NCBI GenBank assembly: GCA_003213165.1 | Contig: QCNO01000001.1 | Location: 65,152-129,151 of the forward strand | Origin: OCS155 cluster bacterium AG-426-D23 | GTDB lineage: Bacteria; Actinomycetota; Acidimicrobiia; Actinomarinales; Actinomarinaceae | Length of the DNA: 64,000 bases | Direction: 5' to 3' | Shown here: positions 47,002 through 61,238 of the stretch, in pieces | Layout of the letters: each line of letters starts with the position of its first letter | Numbering within the stretch: the stretch's first letter is position 1 | The notes under the pieces: model-generated | Told to the model about the DNA's origin: nothing | Seen by the model: only the letters and a program-made list of their open reading frames with translations | Database searches by the model: none | Made by a program: the position numbers and the translations under genes

Positions 47002-48258
47002 ATGTTAGTGGAAAAAAGTATTCAAATAAAAGGTAAGAAACAATTAACTGGAGAAGTTGAAATCTCTGGTGCAAAAAATGCAGTTCTAAAGCAAATGATC
47101 CTTCCAATACTTTGTGAGGGGAAATACAAAATTGAAAATGTTCCTGATATTGCTGATGTATTTTACATGCAAGATGTACTTGGCGTATTAGGTATTACCT
47201 CTAAATTAGAAGAAAAAACTCTTGAGATAGTATCGCCTAGTGATATTTCCGTTGAAGCTCCATATGAAATTGTGCAAAAAATGAGAGCTTCAATTATTGT
47301 TCTCGGACCGTTGCTTGCTAGAAAAGGAGAAGCAAAAATCGCCTTTCCTGGAGGAGATCAGCTTGGACCTAGGCCCGTCAAAATGCACATTGAAGCTCTG
47401 GAAAAAATGGGAGCATCATTTGAATTAGACCACGGAGTTTTGATTGGTAAAACAGACGGCTTAAAAGGTGTTGAAATTAATCTACCCTATGCATCTGTTG
47501 GTGCAACTGAAAATACACTTTTAGCGGCAGTTCTAGCTGAGGGCACAACAGTGATTGAAAACGCAGCACGAGAACCTGAAGTTGTAGATCTAATAAAGAT
47601 GTTAAAAAATATGGGTGCAGACATAACAGGTGAGGGCAGTAGTGAAATAGTAATTAACGGAGTAAATGCATTAAATAGTACAAATCACAAAGTCATAGGA
47701 GATCGTATAGTTGCAGGAACATATATTGGCGCATTTTTATCAACAAATGGAAACGGCAAAATAGTTGGAATTAATCCAAATCATCTACCCATGGAAATTA
47801 AAAAGTTTACTGAGATGGGAGCAAAGTTTCAAATTGACAGCGATTCTATTGAGGTTGAATCACCTAAACAACTGTCACCAATTGATATTTCTACACTTCC
47901 ATTTCCAGGCATAGCTACTGATTTGCAACCAATATTTGGAGCATCACTACTAAAAGCAAACGGAACGTCAATAATTACAGAAAATGTTTATGATCAACGT
48001 TTTCAGTGGATTCCAGAAGTGCAGAGAATGGGTGCTGATATACAAATAGGATGGCAACATGCAATGATTAAAGGCGTAGATAAATTATCAGGAGCACCTG
48101 TTCACTCCACAGATATTAGAACCGGTGCAAGCCTTGTAATTGCTGCTTTACAAGCAGACGGTGAATCAACAATTTCGGGAATAGACCACATAGAAAGAGG
48201 ATATGAAAATATTGTCTCTTTACTAAGTTCTATTGGTAGTGAAATTGAATATAATTAA
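47002..48258 (+). CDS. murA: UDP-N-acetylglucosamine 1-carboxyvinyltransferase (Asp at the fosfomycin-target position)
   Basis: I.G...L.G.V.ISGAKNA at the N-terminus. The active-site loop reads FPGGDQLGPRPV, where E. coli has PGGCAIGARPV. Confidence 0.96.
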   Translation: MLVEKSIQIKGKKQLTGEVEISGAKNAVLKQMILPILCEGKYKIENVPDIADVFYMQDVLGVLGITSKLEEKTLEIVSPSDISVEAPYEIVQKMRASIIVLGPLLARKGEAKIAFPGGDQLGPRPVKMHIEALEKMGASFELDHGVLIGKTDGLKGVEINLPYASVGATENTLLAAVLAEGTTVIENAAREPEVVDLIKMLKNMGADITGEGSSEIVINGVNALNSTNHKVIGDRIVAGTYIGAFLSTNGNGKIVGINPNHLPMEIKKFTEMGAKFQIDSDSIEVESPKQLSPIDISTLPFPGIATDLQPIFGASLLKANGTSIITENVYDQRFQWIPEVQRMGADIQIGWQHAMIKGVDKLSGAPVHSTDIRTGASLVIAALQADGESTISGIDHIERGYENIVSLLSSIGSEIEYN

Positions 48259-48261
48259 CTT

Positions 48262-48534
48262 ATGGCAGATATAAATTTTCCAGAAGTTAAAGACAGAGAT
48301 CCAAATTCTGAGATAGATATGGACGTCTTAAATGATACGATTGAGTACATAAGACCTGCTGTTCAGGCAGATGGAGGCGATATTAAATTAGCTTCTGTAA
48401 ATGATGGTGTTGTTAATATCGAAATGCTAGGAGCATGCCAAGGTTGCCCATTATCTATTGCAACTTTAAAAAGTGGAATTGAAAGAATTCTTAAAGATAA
48501 AGTTCCAGGTGTAGTTGAGGTAATTGCAACTTAA
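48262..48534 (+). CDS. NifU C-terminal-domain (Nfu-type) Fe-S cluster carrier
   Basis: IRPAVQADGGDI ... GACQGCP ... TLK.GIE..L motif set; 90 aa. Confidence 0.88.
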   Translation: MADINFPEVKDRDPNSEIDMDVLNDTIEYIRPAVQADGGDIKLASVNDGVVNIEMLGACQGCPLSIATLKSGIERILKDKVPGVVEVIAT

Positions 48535-49140
48535 CTAATCTAACTGACTAGTGTAAAAATTTAGGCCAATCAATAACCCTTTGTCAACTAATGGCTCAAT
48601 AATGTATTGAACTTTGTTTAAGGTTAAGCTACCGCCTAATTGATCAGGTGTAGATACCTCATCATATAAACCTAATCTACTGAGTACCGATTCTCTTCCG
48701 TCTTTATCAAGTGTGTCATCAGCCATAGCAACAAGGATTAAAAAAAATAATTTAGTTCTTTGTGATGCGATCTCGTCACTAACAACAGGTGAAAAGAACT
48801 CAACACTTGTTACAGTATCGTCTTCAACTATCAAATTTATAGCAAAAGATACTGGTGTTTGTTCTAATTTACCAAATTGATAAAAAAGGATTGTTTGTTC
48901 TGGACTGGCCCATCTCACTTCGTCAGGATTGATAGAAAAATATAAAATAGTATCTTCATCGTTTGCAATTTCTGAGATTAGTTTGTTCCAATTTGATACA
49001 TATTCAGATGTAGATTTTCCTAAACCTTTAGTAAATATAATTACATCGTTAGTTTGTGATTCTGTTTCAGTCGTTTCTGAATCTGTTGAACTACAAAAGG
49101 AAAATAATAATATAAATAAAAGAAGAATAATTTTTTTCAT
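48535..49140 (-). CDS. Secreted or lipid-anchored hypothetical protein
   Basis: The ATG at 49140 gives MKKIILLLFILLFSFCSS, a signal peptide with a Cys. ATGA overlap with the upstream SRPBCC gene stop. The ORF-track start at 49179 is probably too long. Confidence 0.65.
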   Translation of the reverse strand: MKKIILLLFILLFSFCSSTDSETTETESQTNDVIIFTKGLGKSTSEYVSNWNKLISEIANDEDTILYFSINPDEVRWASPEQTILFYQFGKLEQTPVSFAINLIVEDDTVTSVEFFSPVVSDEIASQRTKLFFLILVAMADDTLDKDGRESVLSRLGLYDEVSTPDQLGGSLTLNKVQYIIEPLVDKGLLIGLNFYTSQLD

Positions 49141-49574
49141 TCGATTATCTCCTTTAAGTTTTTTAAATTCTTTTTCCAAATATATTTTAAAACATAGCTA
49201 CCAAAAAACTCACCAATGACACCACCAAGATAAATTGGAAATTTTAAAGTTTCTTCCCATTTAAATTCTGTCTGGGATTCATTTAGTGCTGTCAAATAGA
49301 AAATACCCTCTCCAGTAACAATTCCTTCATGAATAACACCAATAGATTCTTTTTCTTTCCATTCAGTAACAGTAATTATATCTGTTAACTTTATCGGACC
49401 TACCTTTGTTAATACATTCATTTTTGTATCAATTCCAGAATTATTTTCTGAAAGGATATCAATTTTTACAGCATCTTCCATCCAATTTACGTGGTTTTCC
49501 ATAACTTTTACTTCTTGCCAGACAGTATCTAGTGGTTTATTGATAATTATTGAAGTTTCTATTCTTTTACTCAT
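49137..49574 (-). CDS. SRPBCC (START/polyketide-cyclase-like) family protein
   Basis: 145 aa with the typical I.I..P.D.VW....D..N...W pattern of the SRPBCC fold. Confidence 0.7.
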   Translation of the reverse strand: MSKRIETSIIINKPLDTVWQEVKVMENHVNWMEDAVKIDILSENNSGIDTKMNVLTKVGPIKLTDIITVTEWKEKESIGVIHEGIVTGEGIFYLTALNESQTEFKWEETLKFPIYLGGVIGEFFGSYVLKYIWKKNLKNLKEIIE

Positions 49575-49618
49575 TGCTTGTTAAACAATATTAGTTCATA
49601 AGTAAAATAAATATATAT

Positions 49619-50760
49619 ATGAAAAGAAATGATTATCTTTATTTAGATCATGCCGCTACAACGCCAATGCGTGAGAGCGCACTTGAGGCGTTTAAAAATG
49701 CTGAAGAATTTGCGTATGCAAATTCCTCAGGTGGTCATGAGTTATCCAGAAGAGCAAAAAACTTACTTGAAGAATCAAGAGATTTTATAGCCAGCTATTT
49801 TGGTGCTGCACCCAGTGAAATTACATTTACAAGTGGAGGGACAGAAGCTGATAACTGGGTTATAAAAGCGCCTTTTATAAACTCTAAAAATAGTCAAAAT
49901 TTAGTAACTTCAAAAATTGAACATGAAGCTGTTCTTGCATCAGCTGAATGGCTCGAAACTCAAGGCCAGGGAGTTAATTATGCTAGTTGCAATACAGACG
50001 GGCAGGTAGATGTAAATGAATTTTTAGATAAATGCAACAACGATACAGCTATTGCTTCTCTTATGTATGCAAACAATGAAACCGGAGTAGTTCAACAAAT
50101 AGAAAAAATAGCTAAAGAGGTAAAAACTAAAAATCCAGAAACTTTATTTCACTCAGATGTAGTTCAAGCAGTTTCTTCAGAAACACTTGATTTTCATAAA
50201 CTAGGGATTGATAGTGCAGCAGTTTCAGGTCATAAAATAGGTGGTCCAAAAGGAATTGGAATTATGTTTTTAAGTTCAAAATATAAACTTCCTAACTATT
50301 TTCATGGTGGAAAACAAGAATTGGAAAAAAGAGCAGGAACAGTAAATGTTTCAGGTGTAGCTAGCCTTGCTGCTGCTTTGAAAGAACATCAAGACAATTT
50401 TTATATTGAAAAGAAAAGAATACTACAAGAAAGAGAAATATTTGAAAATGAACTAAAAAACGCTCTAGAAGTAAAAATTGTTGGTGAAAAAATCGATCGA
50501 TTATGTCACATTTCAAATATACAATTTAAAAGTGTTAATTCAGAAACATTAATGGTTGCACTCGATCTAAAAGGGTTAGGTGTTTCAAGAGGCTCTGCAT
50601 GTGCAAGCGGTGCTCAAAAGCCCTCCCATGTATTAGTTGCTATGAATGTCCCTGATATTGACATAAATAGTCATCTACGTTTTAGCTTTGGCTGGAATAC
50701 TAAAGAGGGTGATGGGAAATATGCATCAGAAATTGTAATAAATACGGTAAAGGAAATTCT

Positions 50761-50764
<4 letters not shown>
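49619..50764 (+). CDS. Cysteine desulfurase (NifS/IscS-like, class V aminotransferase)
   Basis: LDHAATTP, PLP lysine SGHKIGGPKG and catalytic Cys in SRGSACASG. Overlaps mnmA (ATGA). Confidence 0.92.
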
Positions 50765-54293
<3,529 letters not shown>

Positions 54294-54331
54294 ACATTAA
54301 AATACTATCTAAGAAATAAAAAGAGACCAAA

Positions 54332-55144
54332 GTGAAATACAAAAATTTACAAGAAAAAATTGAAAATATCAATTTAGACAACCTATCTGAAGATGATGTT
54401 TTGCAAATTGAAACAACAATTAAAGAATTAGATAATGGAAATATTCGAGTTGTTAATAATGAAAATGGGGAATGGTCTTTAAATGAATGGGTACGGGATG
54501 CAATCTTGTTGTTTTTCTCAATAAGAAATTTAAAAGAAATAAGTGCTAATGACCTAATTTATTATGACAAATTAGAGCCAAAAAAGAACTATAAAGATCT
54601 AGGCATCAGAGTAGTACCGCCAGGAGTAGTTCGTTACGGTGCATTTTGTGAACCAGGCGTTGTTGTAATGCCTGGATTTGTAAATATTGGTGCATATGTT
54701 GGTTCAGGAACTATGGTCGACACTTGGGCAACGGTTGGATCATGTGCGCAGATTGGTCGCAATGTACATTTATCTGGAGGAGTAGGCATTGGAGGAGTTC
54801 TTGAGCCACCAGGAGCTATGCCAGTAATTATTGAAGACAATGTATTTATTGGTTCGAGATCAATTATTGTTGAGGGAGTTAGAGTAAAAAAAGGTGCAGT
54901 TATCGGTGCAAATGTAACTATTACTGCTTCAACACCAATTATTGATGTCACCGGACAAGAGCCTATAGAAATTAGAGGTGAAGTTCCTGAAAATTCTGTT
55001 GTCATACCAGGCTCAAGACCGAAAGACTTTCCTAGTGGTGTTTTTAATACACCATGTGCATTAATCATTGGTACAAGAAAAGAATCAACTGATGAGAAAA
55101 CTTCTTTGAATGACGCACTTCGCACATTTGGGGTTGAAGTTTGA
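54332..55144 (+). CDS. dapD: 2,3,4,5-tetrahydropyridine-2,6-dicarboxylate N-succinyltransferase
   Basis: Close match to E. coli-type DapD: VNIGAYV..GTMVDTWATVGSCAQIG.NVHLSGGVGIGGVLEP hexapeptide region. GTG start. Confidence 0.94.
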   Translation: MKYKNLQEKIENINLDNLSEDDVLQIETTIKELDNGNIRVVNNENGEWSLNEWVRDAILLFFSIRNLKEISANDLIYYDKLEPKKNYKDLGIRVVPPGVVRYGAFCEPGVVVMPGFVNIGAYVGSGTMVDTWATVGSCAQIGRNVHLSGGVGIGGVLEPPGAMPVIIEDNVFIGSRSIIVEGVRVKKGAVIGANVTITASTPIIDVTGQEPIEIRGEVPENSVVIPGSRPKDFPSGVFNTPCALIIGTRKESTDEKTSLNDALRTFGVEV

Positions 55145-56184
55145 GCGTTGACACCACACTTCAAAAATTAATAAATATCGATTCAGTCACAGGAGATGAA
55201 ATATTAATTTTAGATTTTATTGAAGAATTCTTATCAAAAAATAATTTTTCTGGAGAGATTATAAGAAATGATGGTGGAATAATTGCAATTCCTAAAAATT
55301 CCTCACAAAAAATAGCTTTAGTAGGACATGTCGACACGGTCCCGGTATCTAAAACTCAAAAAATAGAATTCGATGACACAGACACAATTCCTGGTAGGGG
55401 GTCTGTAGATATGAAAGGAGGAATTTCTTTAATCCTCCATTCTTTAGTTGAAGAGAACCAAGACATAGTAGGAGTATTCTATACAGCTGAAGAGGGGCCT
55501 TATGAAAAGAATGGTTTAGGTGAGCTGATGCCAATCATATTAGGTAATAAGAATTTAGAATTCTCCATAATACTTGAGCCTACAAACTGCCAGATTGAAC
55601 TCGGATGTCTTGGAACACTTAATGCAAATATAAAATTAAAAGGTATAGCTGCACACTCAGCAAGACCTTGGGTTGGAGAGAATCCAATTTATAAAATTGG
55701 TGATATATCAAAAAAAGTATCGGATAATGAAATTAATTTACTTGATATAGAAGGTTTAGAGTTTAAACAAGTTCTTTCAATCACAACAGTATCTTCTGGT
55801 ATAGCAAACAACGTAATTCCAGACGAGGCACTTTTAAATATTAACTTTAGATTTTCTCCAGAAATGTCAAATGAAGATGCTCACAATTTTATTAACCATA
55901 TGTTCTCTGAATTTGGTGAAATCGAAATTACATCAAGTTCCGAAGGCGCAATGCCAAACTTAGATAATCCAAATGTTAAAAATTTTATATCCTCTACAGG
56001 TTTGTCTCCTAATCCAAAACAAGCATGGACAGATATTGCAAGATTTTATAGCCATGGAATACCTTCAGTAAATTTTGGCCCTGGAGATCCACTTCTTGCA
56101 CATACTGCTGATGAGCATGTTAGTAAGAAACAACTATTAGAATCATATGAATTACTTATGAATTATTTAAGGGCAGTACAGTGA
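55141..56184 (+). CDS. dapE: Succinyl-diaminopimelate desuccinylase (M20 peptidase family)
   Basis: M20 motifs (GHVDTVP, GRGSVDMKGG, EEG) directly coupled to dapD. TTG start overlaps the dapD TGA. Confidence 0.85.
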   Translation: MSVDTTLQKLINIDSVTGDEILILDFIEEFLSKNNFSGEIIRNDGGIIAIPKNSSQKIALVGHVDTVPVSKTQKIEFDDTDTIPGRGSVDMKGGISLILHSLVEENQDIVGVFYTAEEGPYEKNGLGELMPIILGNKNLEFSIILEPTNCQIELGCLGTLNANIKLKGIAAHSARPWVGENPIYKIGDISKKVSDNEINLLDIEGLEFKQVLSITTVSSGIANNVIPDEALLNINFRFSPEMSNEDAHNFINHMFSEFGEIEITSSSEGAMPNLDNPNVKNFISSTGLSPNPKQAWTDIARFYSHGIPSVNFGPGDPLLAHTADEHVSKKQLLESYELLMNYLRAVQ

Positions 56185-56471
56185 GTGAAAAATTTGATAT
56201 TTCAAATATTGCGAAACTCGCATCAGTATCTTTAAGTGATGATGAAAAACAAAAACTAAGTAGTGATCTCAGTGTAATTCTTGAACATGTTCAGGCACTT
56301 AGCAATTTAGAGCTTGATACTAATATAAAAAACGTTTATATTCATCCACTTGAAAAAGAATTAGTTTTAGATGAAGATATTGAAAAACCATCTTTAACTC
56401 ACGATGAGGCACTTAGCAATGCTCCCAAAGCTTCAGATGGTAAATTTATAGTTCCCCCTTCACTGGAATAA
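56181..56471 (+). CDS. gatC: Asp/Glu-tRNA amidotransferase subunit C
   Basis: 96 aa with LA.L.L.DEE ... L..IL..V..L pattern, upstream of gatA and gatB. Confidence 0.9.
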   Translation: MSEKFDISNIAKLASVSLSDDEKQKLSSDLSVILEHVQALSNLELDTNIKNVYIHPLEKELVLDEDIEKPSLTHDEALSNAPKASDGKFIVPPSLE

Positions 56472-56473
56472 TT

Positions 56474-57922
56474 ATGGAACTTTTAAATTTATCAATTCGT
56501 GAACTTAACAAACTTTTTGTTAACAAAAAAGCTAAACCTTCAGAACTTTATTCAGAGATATTTGATCGTTCAGCAAGTTCAGAAGCCGCGTTACACGCTC
56601 ATCTAAGCCTTTTTGAAGAAATTAATTTAGAAAAGGCAAAAAATTCTGATGAAAGATTTTCAAATTCGGAAAATGTTGGATTGTTAGACGGTATACCTTT
56701 AGCAATAAAAGACAATATCAATATAAAAAATGAAAAAACTACTTGTTCATCAAAAATGCTTTCAAATTTTATATCACCGTACAACGCGACTGTAATTTCT
56801 AAATTAGATACTGAACAAGCAATTTACACTGGTAAAACTAATTTAGATGAATTTGCTATGGGTTCCTCTACTGAAAATTCTGCTTTTGGACTTACAAGAA
56901 ATCCTTGGAATACTGATTATGTTCCAGGAGGATCATCAGGAGGTTCTGCAGCATCTGTTGCTTCAAGGTCATCTATTGCGGCGCTAGGAAGTGATACTGG
57001 AGGCTCAATAAGGCAACCAGCATCTTTTTGTGGGCTTGTAGGCTTTAAGCCAACATACGGTACGGTTTCCAGATATGGCTTAGTTGCATTTGCTTCTTCT
57101 TTAGATCAAATTGGTCCTATCTCAAAAAGTGTTGATGATGCAAGAATCATTTATTCTTCAATTTCAGGCCATGATAGTTTAGATTCAACATCAATAAATG
57201 ATGAACAAATTGATTTGCCATTTGATAAAAATGCAACAATCGGAATTGTTAAAGAACTCATGGAAGATGGAATCTCTGAGGAATCAAAAAAAGAAGTCGA
57301 TAAAGTCATAGATATTTTAAAGCAAAAAGAATACAACATTAAAGAAGTTTCACTACCACTAATCAAACTATCAATAAGTATTTATTACTTAATTGCTCCT
57401 GCAGAATGTTCAGCAAATTTAGCAAGATTTGATGGAGTTAGGTATGGATTGAGAGTAGATGGAAAAACAAGTTATGAAATGATGGAAAATACAAGGGCTG
57501 AGGGTTTTGGAGATGAAGTAAAGCGCAGAATCCTTCTTGGAACTTACGCATTGTCTGCTGGTTATTATGATGAATATTACGGGAAAGCTCTCCGAGCAAG
57601 AAAAAAAATGGTTGATGAATTTTCGAGTATTTTTAAAGAATGTGATTATTTAATATCGCCAACTACACCAACTGAAGCATTTAAGGCTGGAGAAAAAACA
57701 AGCAACCCATTGGAAATGTATATGTCTGATTTATGCACCATTCCTGCAAATCTAGCTGGACTTCCAGCAATAAGCATTCCCACTGGTCTAAGCAGCAACA
57801 ACTTACCTTTAGGTGTGCAGATAATGAGCAAACCTTTGACAGACAATTCTTTATTAAATTTCTCAGAGATGTTAGAAAAAGAACTCGATTTTAATAGAAC
57901 TCCAGAGGGTTGGTCTAAATAA
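56474..57922 (+). CDS. gatA: Asp/Glu-tRNA amidotransferase subunit A
   Basis: Amidase signature GGSSGGSAA..A......LGSDTGGSIRQPA. Confidence 0.96.
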   Translation: MELLNLSIRELNKLFVNKKAKPSELYSEIFDRSASSEAALHAHLSLFEEINLEKAKNSDERFSNSENVGLLDGIPLAIKDNINIKNEKTTCSSKMLSNFISPYNATVISKLDTEQAIYTGKTNLDEFAMGSSTENSAFGLTRNPWNTDYVPGGSSGGSAASVASRSSIAALGSDTGGSIRQPASFCGLVGFKPTYGTVSRYGLVAFASSLDQIGPISKSVDDARIIYSSISGHDSLDSTSINDEQIDLPFDKNATIGIVKELMEDGISEESKKEVDKVIDILKQKEYNIKEVSLPLIKLSISIYYLIAPAECSANLARFDGVRYGLRVDGKTSYEMMENTRAEGFGDEVKRRILLGTYALSAGYYDEYYGKALRARKKMVDEFSSIFKECDYLISPTTPTEAFKAGEKTSNPLEMYMSDLCTIPANLAGLPAISIPTGLSSNNLPLGVQIMSKPLTDNSLLNFSEMLEKELDFNRTPEGWSK

Positions 57923-59367
57923 TGAATTTAAAACCAACTATTGGAATTGAAACCCATATCGAACTAAATACAAATACAAAAATGTTTTGCAGATGCAAAG
58001 TGGTTGATACGGAAGAACCAAATATTAGTTTATGTCCAACTTGTATTGGTTTACCAGGAGCCTTACCTGTTCCGAACGAAAAAGCTATACGCTATATTAC
58101 GCTACTAGCACTTGCAACTGGATGTGCGATAACTAAAAAAGGTATGTTTCACAGAAAAAATTATTTTTATCCTGATTTACCAAAAAATTATCAAATTTCT
58201 CAGTTTGATTTACCTGTAGGTGAAAATGGAAAATTAGAGATAGTTATTGATAATGAAAAAGATTATGTTGAAATTGAAAGAGTTCACATGGAAGAGGATA
58301 CTGGAAAATCTTCACACGAGGGAACAGGACGGATTGATTCTGCTACTAGCACCTCTCTTGATTTCAACAGATCAGGGGTTCCTCTTGTAGAAATTGTTAC
58401 TAAGCCTGTTATTCAATCTTCAAAAGTGGCAGTGGCGTATATTGAAGAACTTAGACAACTTGCAATTGATTTAGACATATCAGAGGGAAAATTAGAAAAA
58501 GGTAATTTAAGATTTGATGCAAATATATCTGTAGCTCCATCAAAAAGTGATGAGTTGGGTACAAAAGTAGAAATCAAAAATATGAATTCACTTCGATCTC
58601 TTGAAAGAGCTATAGATTATGAAATTAAACGACAGTCATCAGCTATAGAAAACGGTGAATCAATAATTCAGGAAACAAGACACTGGGATGAAAGTAAAGA
58701 AACTACAACTTCAATGAGATCAAAAGAGGGTAGTGCTGATTATCGTTATTTTTCTGATCCAGACCTTCCTAATATGGTTTTGTCTGATAAATTTGTAAAC
58801 CAAGTAAAAGAAAGTCTTCCTTCATTGCCTCATGAAAATAGAAATAAACTTGTAGAAACAGGTCTTGATCTATCTGATTCAAACGTTTTAAGCAAGAGTG
58901 AAAAATGGATTCTTGAACTCTATTTTAAAGTATACGACAACACTAAAGACTCAAAAGCAACATTTAATTGGATAACTGGCGAACTACAGGGCCAAATGCG
59001 TAAATTAGAGATTAAGTCACTACCAGAATGGTTTTCACCAAATTTTTTATCAGATATTATTCAATTGATTGATGCAAATAAAATTTCTTTCACTTCAGGA
59101 AAAGTTATTTTAGAGGAACTAATCCAAAAAGACACAACTCCTGATGATGTAGCAAAAAAACTTAATTTATATCAAGAAAATGATGAAAGCGCTATTTCAA
59201 AAATAGTAAATGAGGTTATTAAAAACAATCAAGATATCGTGGAAAGAATAAAAAATGGAGAAGATAAATTAGTAGGTTTTATGGTCGGTCAAATAATTAA
59301 AAGCTCAGGCGGAAGTATAAATCCAGGAATAGCAAAAGAAATATTATCTAAAGAGTTAAATTTATAA
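57922..59367 (+). CDS. gatB: Asp/Glu-tRNA amidotransferase subunit B
   Basis: IGIETHIELNT..KMFC, DLPKNYQISQ and NRSGVPL.EIV signatures, with a C-terminal YqeY-like tail. Confidence 0.96.
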   Translation: MNLKPTIGIETHIELNTNTKMFCRCKVVDTEEPNISLCPTCIGLPGALPVPNEKAIRYITLLALATGCAITKKGMFHRKNYFYPDLPKNYQISQFDLPVGENGKLEIVIDNEKDYVEIERVHMEEDTGKSSHEGTGRIDSATSTSLDFNRSGVPLVEIVTKPVIQSSKVAVAYIEELRQLAIDLDISEGKLEKGNLRFDANISVAPSKSDELGTKVEIKNMNSLRSLERAIDYEIKRQSSAIENGESIIQETRHWDESKETTTSMRSKEGSADYRYFSDPDLPNMVLSDKFVNQVKESLPSLPHENRNKLVETGLDLSDSNVLSKSEKWILELYFKVYDNTKDSKATFNWITGELQGQMRKLEIKSLPEWFSPNFLSDIIQLIDANKISFTSGKVILEELIQKDTTPDDVAKKLNLYQENDESAISKIVNEVIKNNQDIVERIKNGEDKLVGFMVGQIIKSSGGSINPGIAKEILSKELNL

Positions 59368-59884
59368 TTTGATTAACAACTGTTGCTGACAATAATCCCA
59401 TTAAGCCAGCACCTAAATCATCATAGAGCACACCTAGCTTACCAGGATATTTTTCAAGTTCTGCAACAAATTTTGGTTGTTTCATAATATCACTTACTCT
59501 AAAAACTAGAAATCCTGCCAACAGTGGCAACAATCTTGATGGAGAGGCTATTGTTACAAGACTCATTCCAACTATTTCATCTAAAGTGATCCAACTTGGA
59601 TCTTCACTCGCGTCGTTATCATCGACTGAAACAAGATATGTCAGGACAAGAACAATAAATAAAATAGATAACTCAAGCACATTCAAATTTAAAACATATG
59701 TAATCAAAGCAAATAAAAAAGCAGCTAAAGTACCACCTCCTTTTTTATCACCAAAATAGGTCCTCCAAAAAAGCCCAATACCAAAACCTGAGGCTAGAAA
59801 TCTCTTCACATTTGAATAATAGTATTTTTTATGGCTTGATTTACAAAAAGGTGTAGTATTTGATATTAATAATGGAAAAATCAA
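59348..59884 (-). CDS. pgpA: Phosphatidylglycerophosphatase A
   Basis: PgpA pattern SGFGIGL...GGGTLA.....DE.VGM...FR.SDI.K.P......G..G...DD.GAG. The ATG at 59884 overlaps the ilvE 5' end, so the in-frame GTG at 59809 (VKRFLASG...) is a plausible true start. Confidence 0.8.
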   Translation of the reverse strand: MIFPLLISNTTPFCKSSHKKYYYSNVKRFLASGFGIGLFWRTYFGDKKGGGTLAAFLFALITYVLNLNVLELSILFIVLVLTYLVSVDDNDASEDPSWITLDEIVGMSLVTIASPSRLLPLLAGFLVFRVSDIMKQPKFVAELEKYPGKLGVLYDDLGAGLMGLLSATVVNQIINLTL

Positions 59885-60789
59885 ATCTTATATGGCTAAA
59901 TGGTGAATTTGTAAACTGGGATGATGCAAACATCAGTGTAATGTCTCACACTCTTCATTATGGAACTGGAGTCTTTGAAGGTATAAGAGCTAGAGATTCA
60001 AAAATTGGCACAACTATTTTTAGGTTGTCGGATCATGTAGATAGATTATTTGATTCAGCTGAAGCTTATAATTTAAAAATACCATACGACAAAGAAGTTA
60101 TTACTAATGTAATAAAAGATTCAGTTCATTTGAACAATCTATCATCTGCATACATAAGGCCCTTAGTATTTTTTGGAGAAGGCGAGATGGGGTTACTACC
60201 AAAAAGTGTTCCAGTTTATGTTTCTGTAGCGGCGTGGAATTGGGGTGCATATTTAGGAGATGATGCGGGGAATCAAGGTGTAAGGGTATGTATATCAAAA
60301 TGGAAAAGAATTAGTCCACAAAGTTTTAAGCCAACAGCAAAGGGTGTTGGAGGATATATGAACTCTACTTTGGCTAAAATCGATGCGGTAGAAAATGGAT
60401 ATGATGATGCAATTATGCTTGGCGACAATGACGTAGTTGCAGAGGGAAGCGGTCAAAATTTATTTTTGATTAAAAATGGGAAAATTTTTACACCACCAAT
60501 TGAGACGGGAGCTTTAGGAGGTATTACAAGAAAAACTGTAATAGAAATTGCAAGTAAACTTGGTTTAGAAACTGAAGAAATAAATATAAATGCCGATCAA
60601 TTAAAAGATGCTGATGAATTATTCTTTACAGGTACTGCCACAGAAGTTGTTGGTGTTGTGTCGGTTGATGGTGAAGATATATCAAATGGTAATCCTGGAC
60701 AAATCACAGGGGACATTAGGAAAAAATATTTAGAAATTGTAAATGGAGAGGATGAAGACTTCTTACATTATCTTACTTTAGTTAAATGA
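59860..60789 (+). CDS. ilvE: Branched-chain amino acid aminotransferase (class IV)
   Basis: Collinear with E. coli IlvE (IWLNGEFV.W.DA...VMSH.LHYGT.VFEGIR ... AYIRPL.F ... GGITR). The start is likely the ATG at 59872 (MEKSNLIW). Confidence 0.94.
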   Translation: MILIMEKSNLIWLNGEFVNWDDANISVMSHTLHYGTGVFEGIRARDSKIGTTIFRLSDHVDRLFDSAEAYNLKIPYDKEVITNVIKDSVHLNNLSSAYIRPLVFFGEGEMGLLPKSVPVYVSVAAWNWGAYLGDDAGNQGVRVCISKWKRISPQSFKPTAKGVGGYMNSTLAKIDAVENGYDDAIMLGDNDVVAEGSGQNLFLIKNGKIFTPPIETGALGGITRKTVIEIASKLGLETEEININADQLKDADELFFTGTATEVVGVVSVDGEDISNGNPGQITGDIRKKYLEIVNGEDEDFLHYLTLVK

Positions 60790-61208
60790 GTCAACAGCCA
60801 AATATACAGACAGAATCAAAAAAGAACATAAAAGATTCGGAACTTCCAGTTCCAAGAAGTCAAGGAAAAGATATTCCACTCAATCCATTGAGGTCTCCAG
60901 ATGAAGAAGTTTTTTCAATCCCTAGTCCAGATAGCGGTTATGCTTTAAAACTTATTAAACCATTTACACCTATGTGGAAAGACAACCATAAACATAAACT
61001 CATAACAAAAGTTGTTACAAATTTAGTTATCTTTCAAGCTTCAAAGATTGGAAGAGCTCCTACAAAAAGTGATGTAATCAAGGTAATAGAAATTTTAAAA
61101 ATAACAGATTCAGATATTGGAGTTTTGGACAAAGAAACTTTAAAAAAATGTAGTCTGGAAAGCATTAAAGGGTTACACCTCTCTAAATTATTTGATGCTA
61201 ATCAATAA
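60786..61208 (+). CDS. Hypothetical protein (140 aa)
   Basis: Coding call rests on position only: ATGA overlap with ilvE, and it fills the gap to the next gene. No recognisable motifs. Confidence 0.5.
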   Translation: MSQQPNIQTESKKNIKDSELPVPRSQGKDIPLNPLRSPDEEVFSIPSPDSGYALKLIKPFTPMWKDNHKHKLITKVVTNLVIFQASKIGRAPTKSDVIKVIEILKITDSDIGVLDKETLKKCSLESIKGLHLSKLFDANQ

Positions 61209-61238
61209 GAAAAAAATTAATAGCTTTACAATTGTGTA

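Noticed and set aside
54634-55164. 176-aa minus-strand ORF opposite dapD
   Set aside because: It is the antisense of the hexapeptide-repeat region of a clearly identified DapD. Repeat-encoded GGN/GTN codons keep the opposite frame open.
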